A stretch of 64,000 nt of DNA from Ignavibacteriota bacterium. Its GTDB lineage: Bacteria; Bacteroidota; Ignavibacteria; UBA10030; SZUA-254. The notes beneath the pieces are model-generated. The model did not search any database. It was not told the DNA's origin and saw nothing but the letters and a program-made list of their open reading frames with translations. Every line of letters starts with the position of its first letter. Position 1 is the stretch's first letter. Where the stretch lies: positions 15,509 through 79,508 of the forward strand of contig JACREZ010000002.1 of the NCBI GenBank assembly GCA_016212665.1. Direction: 5' to 3'. A program made the position numbers and the translations under genes. Shown piece after piece: positions 57,671 through 64,000 of this stretch.

Positions 57671-57991
57671 CTAATTCTGAGACCGCGTTCTCTTTTCCTC
57701 AATCCATTTGAGCCATCTATTAAACGAGGTTTGACTTTCCGAGGAAGCTCGACCAAATATCAGCCCCTCAGTACTAATATCTTCATCAAGGTCAAGCCAA
57801 TGAATGCCTTCCCCACTTCCAATCAATTGCCAATTATCTCGCTCTGATGCAGTTGCATAAACTAATCGTGGATACCATGAAAGTGGGACAGAAATGGTAC
57901 GTCCGTCCGAAAGGTCAACTGTTAATTCATCGTCTGTGACCAAAACATTGAGGGTTCTGACTTCTTGTATTTCAATTGCTAAAGTACTCAT
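57671..57991 (-). CDS. DUF2442 domain protein
   Basis: 106 aa, LVTDDELTVDLSDGRTISVPLSWYPRL pattern. Overlaps the upstream DUF4160 gene. Confidence 0.6.
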   Translation of the reverse strand: MSTLAIEIQEVRTLNVLVTDDELTVDLSDGRTISVPLSWYPRLVYATASERDNWQLIGSGEGIHWLDLDEDISTEGLIFGRASSESQTSFNRWLKWIEEKRTRSQN

Positions 57992-58208
57992 TCCATGCTT
58001 TCAAAAAATGTTCTTTTTGTTCTTCTACTATTGTCCTAATTCGACTTATCTCCGTACGAGCAAAACCATTATTCCGCTGCAGGATGGTTGGTTCTATCCA
58101 GAATTTTGCAGTAAAGTTTTCTCGTTGTACATGCACGTGAGGTGGTTCATCTCTGTCACATGAATAGAAGTAGAACCTGTACGGACCTGTTATTAAAATT
58201 GTTGGCAA
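57972..58208 (-). CDS. DUF4160 domain protein
   Basis: 78 aa, YRFYFYSCDRDEPPHVHVQREN pattern typical of DUF4160. Confidence 0.6.
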   Translation of the reverse strand: MPTILITGPYRFYFYSCDRDEPPHVHVQRENFTAKFWIEPTILQRNNGFARTEISRIRTIVEEQKEHFLKAWNEYFSN

Positions 58209-58254
58209 TTTTTTGACTCTAAGTTGTCAAAACTTAACACAAATCAATGAAAAA

Positions 58255-58290
58255 ACAAAAAGGTCGGCTCATCACCGACCTTCTTATCGT
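58255..58290 (-). terminator. Rho-independent terminator on the minus strand (3' of sodA)
   Basis: Minus strand reads ggtcgg-tgatgag-ccgacc followed by tttttgtttttt. Confidence 0.75.
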
Positions 58291-58340
58291 CATGGTGAGC
58301 GAAGTCGAACCATGATGTCATCTCGAGCGAAGTCGAGGGA

Positions 58341-59063
58341 TTATTTCGCGCTTGTAAACAATTTCGACGCGTAATCCCAATTCACAACGTTCCACCACGC
58401 GGCGACGTAATCGGGGCGGCGGTTTTGGTACTTGAGATAATACGCATGTTCCCACACATCGAGTCCGAGAACAGGAACGCCTTTCACTTCGGCAATATCC
58501 ATCAACGGATTGTCCTGATTTGGCGTCGAGCAAACAACGAGTTTGTCATGTTGCTTCACAAGCCACGCCCAACCGGAACCGAAGCGAGTGACACCGGCGT
58601 TGCCAAATTGCTCTTTGAATTTATCAAACGAACCGAAATCACGAGCAATGGCTACTGCAAGTTCGCCAGTTGGTTCGCCGCCGCCATTGGCTTTCATCCA
58701 GTTCCAGAATTGTGTGTGATTGAAATGTCCGCCGCCGTTGTTGCGAATTGCAGGCGATGCTTTTGAAACGTTCGCGAGAATTTCTTCAATGGATTTTGAA
58801 GCCCACTCTGTTCCCTCGATTGCTTTGTTGAGATTGGTAACATACGCGTTGTGATGTTTTCCGTGATGGATTTCCATCGTCATTTTATCAACGAATGGCT
58901 CAAGCACATCGTGCGCGTACGGTAATTCGGGTAATGTAAATGGCATAGTAGATTGTTCCTTTTGAGTTTGAGTAAAATAATTTGATGATAAAACTTTGGT
59001 TGATTGCAGTACGCTCGCCGCGCCGACAATCAATGACGTTTGTAAAAATTTTCTTCGTTCCAT
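58341..59063 (-). CDS. sodA: Fe/Mn superoxide dismutase with a Tat signal peptide
   Basis: [20 protein letters not shown] is a twin-arginine leader. [10 protein letters not shown] and DVWEHAYYL are Fe/Mn-SOD motifs. Start chosen at the second Met so it does not overlap nfuA. Confidence 0.9.
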   Translation of the reverse strand: MERRKFLQTSLIVGAASVLQSTKVLSSNYFTQTQKEQSTMPFTLPELPYAHDVLEPFVDKMTMEIHHGKHHNAYVTNLNKAIEGTEWASKSIEEILANVSKASPAIRNNGGGHFNHTQFWNWMKANGGGEPTGELAVAIARDFGSFDKFKEQFGNAGVTRFGSGWAWLVKQHDKLVVCSTPNQDNPLMDIAEVKGVPVLGLDVWEHAYYLKYQNRRPDYVAAWWNVVNWDYASKLFTSAK

Positions 59064-59064
59064 T

Positions 59065-59649
59065 TCAGTTCGAGCGATAATATGGATTCGTTCCACTTTG
59101 ATGGTCGGTTACATCTATGATTGCACCGACTTCAGGAATATGAACCCTGATTAATTTTTCGATGCCGCTTCTTAACGTCTGATTTGCCATTCCACATCCC
59201 TGACAACCGCCACCGAGCACAAGATACACATCATTCTTCCTGACATCTGCCAACGAAACAAATCCTCCATGACTCTCAACCGATGGATTGATTTCAACTT
59301 GAAGAAGTTTCTGCACTTTCTCTCTGATAACATCTTCGCCTGGAAGTTGAGCAAACATTTCATCAGAAATTGCAGGAACACCGGATTGGATTTGCTCTCG
59401 AATCAGCGTTCCGACTTGCTTGGCGATCGGCATCCACGGCTCAAATCCGAGTTTGGAAATTTTCACAACGTTGTTTGAAATCAAAACACCGTCAACATTT
59501 TTTATTTCAAATAATTTCTCCGCGAGCGGAGAACCTTGTGCGGAGTCAATTCCGTCAAAATACATTGAGCCGTCAGCGACCGCTCTGTCAACGATAAATT
59601 GACATGCATCGTCAGAAATTATTTGTGCTTGAATTGCTATTTCGTTCAT
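59065..59649 (-). CDS. nfuA: Fe-S cluster biogenesis protein NfuA-like (A-type/Nfu fusion)
   Basis: C-terminal Nfu domain with the CxxC motif [15 protein letters not shown]. Confidence 0.75.
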   Translation of the reverse strand: MNEIAIQAQIISDDACQFIVDRAVADGSMYFDGIDSAQGSPLAEKLFEIKNVDGVLISNNVVKISKLGFEPWMPIAKQVGTLIREQIQSGVPAISDEMFAQLPGEDVIREKVQKLLQVEINPSVESHGGFVSLADVRKNDVYLVLGGGCQGCGMANQTLRSGIEKLIRVHIPEVGAIIDVTDHQSGTNPYYRSN

Positions 59650-59667
59650 GTTTAATTTATTTCTTGA

Positions 59668-60036
59668 TTATACTGCAAACGAACTTCCACACCCACACGT
59701 CTTTGCCGCATTTGGGTTGTTGAAGACAAAACCTTTTCCGTTCAATCCATCCTGAAAATCTAATTCTGTTCCGGCAAGATACATCAGACTTTTCTCGTCA
59801 ATGTAAATTGTAACGCCGTTGGATTGAAGTACTTTGTCGTAGTGATGCTGTTCATTGTCGAAGCCAAGCACATACGAAAAGCCCGAACATCCTCCCCCCT
59901 TCACCCCGATTCGCAAGGCAAAGTCGGAAGTAAGATTTTCTTTCTTTCTGATTTCTTCAATTTGATTTATGGCTTTTTGAGTTATGAGAATTTCTTGTTT
60001 AGTTTCGATTGTAGTATCAGTTAATGTTTCCAACAT
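59668..60036 (-). CDS. sufA: A-type Fe-S cluster carrier (SufA/IscA/ErpA, HesB family)
   Basis: C-terminus FVFNNPNAAKTCGCGSSF. Confidence 0.85.
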   Translation of the reverse strand: MLETLTDTTIETKQEILITQKAINQIEEIRKKENLTSDFALRIGVKGGGCSGFSYVLGFDNEQHHYDKVLQSNGVTIYIDEKSLMYLAGTELDFQDGLNGKGFVFNNPNAAKTCGCGSSFAV

Positions 60037-60060
60037 ACTATTCCTTTCAATTTCTATTGA

Positions 60061-60426
60061 TTAAAAAAATCCAAGTTCAAGTTTTGCCGCTTCGGTCATC
60101 ATGCTCGGATTCCACGGTGGTTCCCATACGATGTCCACAACAACCTCGTTCACACCTTTCACTGATTTCACCCGGCGAGCGACATCAGCAGGAAGCGTTT
60201 GCGCGGCAGGGCAATGGGGCGTCGTTAATGTCATTCGAACATTAACAATAGCCGTGTCGCTGATATCCACTCCGTAAATTAAACCGAGTTCATAAATGTT
60301 GACCGGGATTTCCGGGTCGTAGCACAAACGAATAGCCTCGACGACCTGCGCTTCGATGATTGTTTTTTCGATTGAACTGAGAATCTGCGGCTCATCAGCC
60401 GTCATAACTTGTACGTTTTCTTCCAT
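60061..60426 (-). CDS. sufT: SufT-like DUF59 (MIP18-family) Fe-S assembly protein
   Basis: VVEAIRLCYDPEIPVNIYELGLIY...TLTTPHCPAAQ is the DUF59 pattern. Internal Met chosen so the gene does not overlap sufU. Confidence 0.7.
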   Translation of the reverse strand: MEENVQVMTADEPQILSSIEKTIIEAQVVEAIRLCYDPEIPVNIYELGLIYGVDISDTAIVNVRMTLTTPHCPAAQTLPADVARRVKSVKGVNEVVVDIVWEPPWNPSMMTEAAKLELGFF

Positions 60427-60428
60427 GA

Positions 60429-60884
60429 TTATTCTGTTGAAACTTGTTCTTCGTTTGATGTAAGAGCGGTGTGAAGCGTGTGCCATGCAAGACTTGCACA
60501 TTTCACCCGTGCGGGAAATTCTGAAACACCTGCGAACGCAATGAGTTTTCCCAATGACTCAGCATTTGCTTCACCATTCAAGTCACCCATTACTAATTGA
60601 TGGAATTTCTCAAAGAGTAGTTCTGCTTCCTGCACTGATTTTCCTTTGACGATGGAACTCATCACCGATGCCGATGCCTTCGAAATTGCGCAACCGGAAC
60701 CTGTAAAACTCAAATCCTGAACAACACCATCTCTGACTTTGAGATACACAACATAATGGTCGCCGCACAACGGATTGAATCCTTCTATTTTTCTATCGGC
60801 ATCTTCCATCACACGGAAGTTGCGCGGACTTTTATTGTGGTCAAGAATTACTTCCTGATATAATTCTTTCAATTCAGGATTCAA
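60429..60884 (-). CDS. sufU: SUF-system NifU-family scaffold SufU
   Basis: NPLCGDHY...GSGCAISKASASVM...CASLAWHTL give the three Cys ligands. Confidence 0.8.
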   Translation of the reverse strand: MNPELKELYQEVILDHNKSPRNFRVMEDADRKIEGFNPLCGDHYVVYLKVRDGVVQDLSFTGSGCAISKASASVMSSIVKGKSVQEAELLFEKFHQLVMGDLNGEANAESLGKLIAFAGVSEFPARVKCASLAWHTLHTALTSNEEQVSTE

Positions 60885-62131
60885 CTGAAAATCTCCTTCA
60901 CTTTGTTGATACCGTCAACCAATGCATCTATTTCGTTTTTTGTGTTATAAAATGCAAACGACGCTCGCGCTGTTGCAGGAACACAAAATCGTTGCATCAC
61001 CAGTTGTGCGCAATGATGTCCTGTGCGGATAGCAATTCCTTCTGTATCGAGAATTGTCCCGATGTCGTGCGGATGAATTCCATCGAGGGTGAACGAAACT
61101 ACTCCGGCTTTCTCTCGTGCAGTTCCGATGATTGTCAAACCATTCACTGTTGATAATTTCTCGGTTGCATATTCGAGGAGTTCCTGTTCATAGTCATGAA
61201 TCGCTTCAAAATCGAGCGAGTTCAGATAATCAATTGCAACTCCAAAGGCGATTGTATCTGCAATATTCGGCGTCCCTGCTTCAAACTTATAGGGCAAATC
61301 ATTGTAAATCGTTTTCTCGAACGTTACTGACTTAATCATATCTCCTCCGCCCTGATACGGCGGCATAGTTTCAAGAAGCGATTTCTTTCCGTACACAACT
61401 CCGATTCCGGTCGGACCAAACATTTTATGACTTGAGAAGACATAGAAATCGTAATCTAATTCCTGAACGTCAATTCTTAAATGAGGAATTGCCTGCGCGC
61501 CGTCAATCAAAACCGGAACATTATGCGCGTGCGCGGTTTCAATCATATGTTTGATTGGATTGACAGTGCCGAGTGCATTTGAAACATGTGTGTACGCCGC
61601 GAATCTTGTCTTATCATTGAACAACTTCACGTACTCATCAAGAATGATTTCGCCGTTATCATCAATCGGGATAACCCGTAGCGTCGCTTTTTTCTCAGCG
61701 CATAACATTTGCCATGGAACGATGTTGGAGTGATGTTCCATTCCTGAAATAATAATCTCATCTCCTTCATGAATATTCGCTCGTCCAAAAGATTGAGCAA
61801 CGAGATTGATTCCTTCAGTTGTTCCGCGAGTGAAAATAATTTCCTCGCTTCGCTTGGCATTGATGTATCGTTGAACCTTCACTCTTGATTCTTCATACGC
61901 CTTCGTTGCCTGTTCGCTTAACAGATGCACACCGCGATGAACATTGGAATTGAACTCTGTGTAATACCGAACAAGAGAATCAATAACCACTTGCGGCTTC
62001 TGACTTGTCGCCGCGTTATCGAGATATACAAGCGCTTTGCCGTGAACTTGTTGACTGAGTATCGGAAAATCCTTCCTGATTTTCACAACATCAAACGTCA
62101 ATTTCGTTGGTTGTGTTTGAGTGCTAATCAT
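60881..62131 (-). CDS. sufS: Cysteine desulfurase SufS
   Basis: PLP-dependent class V fold. SSHKMFGPTGIGVVYGK is the PLP-lysine motif. RTGHHCAQ is the active-site Cys loop. Confidence 0.9.
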   Translation of the reverse strand: MISTQTQPTKLTFDVVKIRKDFPILSQQVHGKALVYLDNAATSQKPQVVIDSLVRYYTEFNSNVHRGVHLLSEQATKAYEESRVKVQRYINAKRSEEIIFTRGTTEGINLVAQSFGRANIHEGDEIIISGMEHHSNIVPWQMLCAEKKATLRVIPIDDNGEIILDEYVKLFNDKTRFAAYTHVSNALGTVNPIKHMIETAHAHNVPVLIDGAQAIPHLRIDVQELDYDFYVFSSHKMFGPTGIGVVYGKKSLLETMPPYQGGGDMIKSVTFEKTIYNDLPYKFEAGTPNIADTIAFGVAIDYLNSLDFEAIHDYEQELLEYATEKLSTVNGLTIIGTAREKAGVVSFTLDGIHPHDIGTILDTEGIAIRTGHHCAQLVMQRFCVPATARASFAFYNTKNEIDALVDGINKVKEIFS

Positions 62132-62133
62132 GC

Positions 62134-63471
62134 TCAGACAGGTTGTACAATTTGTCTTCCGCTATGGAGTTTTTCAAAAATCATCGGGTACAGTTTCTCA
62201 CGAAGTTGTTCGTTGTTGATTCTGTCAATCACGTCATTTGCAAATGCGGTTGTTAGTGTATCCCGTGCCTGTTCTTTGCTGAAGCCACGCGACCGCAAAT
62301 AAAAGATCTGATTAGCATCGAGTTGTCCGACCGTTGCGCCGTGCGTACATTTTACATCGTCTGCAAATATTTCAAGTTGAGGTTTTGTGTCAATCGTCGC
62401 CTCATCAGAAAGTAAGAGAGTTTTGTTCGTCTGTTTCGCGTCTGTCTTCTGAGCATCTTTCCTGACAAAGATTTTTCCGTTAAATACGCCGCGTGACTTT
62501 TGGTCAAGAATTGATTTGTACAATTCATGGCTCGGACAGTTTGGTTTTGCATGGTCAATCGTTGTGTGATTATCAATCAACTGCTGACCTGTTGCCAACG
62601 ACAGCCCGTTCAATGTACATTCACTCCCCTCGCCGTCTAACTTGGAAAGAATATTATTCCGAGCAATTGTTCCGCCAAGTGCAATCGAGTTCGATATAAA
62701 ATTACTTGCCGCTTTTTGATAGACTTGCGTTGTTCCGATATGAAACGACTGCGCACTTTCTCGTTGTAATTTTGTGTGATTGATAATCGCACCTTCATCG
62801 AGAAGTATTTCTGTGATAGTGTTTGTGAAGTAAACATTTTCTTTCAGGCAAGAATAATACTCAACGACACTGCATTTGCTCTGTTTGCCTGCAAGAATGA
62901 GATTTCGCGGATGAATCGTTACGGGCGAATCATTTTCTGATGAAAGAAAGAGACAATAAATTGGTTTTTCAATTACAATATTATCGGGAATTGAAATAAA
63001 AACTCCGTCCTGAATGAATGCCGCGTTCAAGGCATTGAACGGATTCTCTTCCGGTTTTGCAAGGGAGCCGAGATGCTGTATCGCTTTAAGAGATTGAATT
63101 GCGACGGATAGATTTTCTATCACAACACCATCCGATAGCGTATGAAGCGATGATAATTCTTCAGCAAAGAATCCATCAACAAATACTAAAAATTGAGACG
63201 ATGCTTTTTCAATAATGAATTCTTCGATGTCTTTCTTGCTGACAGAAGCGACATTTGATTTTTGCGGCGATTTGAAATTCGTCTTTGCAATTTGAGAAAC
63301 GTTCGTGAATCGCCATTCTTCATTTCGGTTTGTTGGAAATCCCAATCGCTCGAATGTCTCAAGAGCAGAACGTCTGAGTGCATGAAGCGACGACGTTGAT
63401 TCACCGTTCAGACTTTTTTCAAACTGCTCGAAGTTTGATTTCACCCAACTATGTTGAACTGATTCTGTCAT
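62134..63471 (-). CDS. sufD: Fe-S cluster assembly protein SufD
   Basis: Long beta-helix with the C-terminal motif ...DAKQTNKTLLLSDEATIDTKPQLEIFADDVKCTHGATVGQLD. Position between sufC and sufS. Confidence 0.85.
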   Translation of the reverse strand: MTESVQHSWVKSNFEQFEKSLNGESTSSLHALRRSALETFERLGFPTNRNEEWRFTNVSQIAKTNFKSPQKSNVASVSKKDIEEFIIEKASSQFLVFVDGFFAEELSSLHTLSDGVVIENLSVAIQSLKAIQHLGSLAKPEENPFNALNAAFIQDGVFISIPDNIVIEKPIYCLFLSSENDSPVTIHPRNLILAGKQSKCSVVEYYSCLKENVYFTNTITEILLDEGAIINHTKLQRESAQSFHIGTTQVYQKAASNFISNSIALGGTIARNNILSKLDGEGSECTLNGLSLATGQQLIDNHTTIDHAKPNCPSHELYKSILDQKSRGVFNGKIFVRKDAQKTDAKQTNKTLLLSDEATIDTKPQLEIFADDVKCTHGATVGQLDANQIFYLRSRGFSKEQARDTLTTAFANDVIDRINNEQLREKLYPMIFEKLHSGRQIVQPV

Positions 63472-64000
63472 GCGGCGTGCGCTTCCTCTTTTACCCAATC
63501 ATATCCCTTTTCTTCGAGTTCAAGCGCAAGTTCTTTCCCGCCTGAAAGCGTTATCTGACCGTTCTGCAACACATGCACAAAATCAGGAACGATGTAATTG
63601 AGCAATCGTTGATAGTGTGTTACAACAATTGTCGCATTGTCAGCACGACGAAGTTTGTTGACGCCATCGGCAACATCTCGAAGCGCATCAATATCAAGCC
63701 CGGAATCTGTCTCGTCAAGAATGGCAAGTTTCGGTTCAAGCACTGCCATTTGAAAAATTTCGTTACGCTTTTTTTCACCGCCGGAAAATCCTTCGTTCAC
63801 TGCACGGCTGAGTAAGTTTTCAGTCAGATGAAGAACTTTCAACTTTTCCCGAACAAGTGCGAGAAACTCTACTGCATCAAGCGGTTCGAGTCCGCGATGT
63901 TTTCGGATTTCATTCAATCCTGCTTTGAGAAAATATGTATTGCTCACGCCGGGAATTTCAATAGGGTATTGAAACGCGAGGAACATTCCTTCTCTCGCCC
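63468..64000 (-). CDS. sufC: Fe-S cluster assembly ATPase SufC. The 5' end lies beyond the window edge
   Basis: ABC signature FSGGEKKRNEIFQM and Walker B LAILDETDSGLD. Confidence 0.9.
   Translation of the reverse strand, partial: AREGMFLAFQYPIEIPGVSNTYFLKAGLNEIRKHRGLEPLDAVEFLALVREKLKVLHLTENLLSRAVNEGFSGGEKKRNEIFQMAVLEPKLAILDETDSGLDIDALRDVADGVNKLRRADNATIVVTHYQRLLNYIVPDFVHVLQNGQITLSGGKELALELEEKGYDWVKEEAHAA

Overview
This 64-kb window looks like chromosomal DNA from a Gram-negative bacterium of the FCB group (Bacteroidota or Ignavibacteria-like). The evidence is several T9SS C-terminal sorting domains, PorQ/PorV-like barrels, GldA/F/G-type ABC transporter homologues, and frequent TTG/GTG starts with no obvious Shine-Dalgarno sequences. 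The region is gene-dense and mostly housekeeping genes:
- Repair and translation: mutS, uvrC, lepA, two lepB copies, hemW, ada.
- Fe-S assembly: a complete suf cluster (sufC-D-S-U-T-A plus nfuA) followed by a Tat-exported Fe/Mn superoxide dismutase.
- Other: a czcCBA-type heavy-metal RND efflux operon, a gldA-gldFG-like ABC transporter module, a surface-glycan locus (DUF2723 GT-C protein, three GT4 glycosyltransferases, a flippase and a CE4-like deacetylase), and two tRNAs (Lys-CTT, Val-CAC).
No integrase, transposase, CRISPR array or prophage genes were found. The points most worth follow-up are:
- A cluster of three pilin-like genes (PilV/W/X-like, without a canonical prepilin motif) followed by a compact Asp-box beta-propeller protein in the PilY1 position.
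- Palindromic or tandem-repeat DNA inserted in-frame into mutS (twice) and uvrC, with related repeats in intergenic DNA.
- Two paralogous PorQ/PorV-family outer-membrane barrels next to T9SS cargo genes.
- Two paralogous small CxxC...CxC zinc-ribbon proteins.
- Near-identical terminator hairpins, in the same orientation, bracketing the czc cassette.
- Several structured intergenic elements (long inverted repeats) and a DUF4160/DUF2442 pair.
All functional calls rest on sequence motifs visible in the six-frame translations; no database searches were run.
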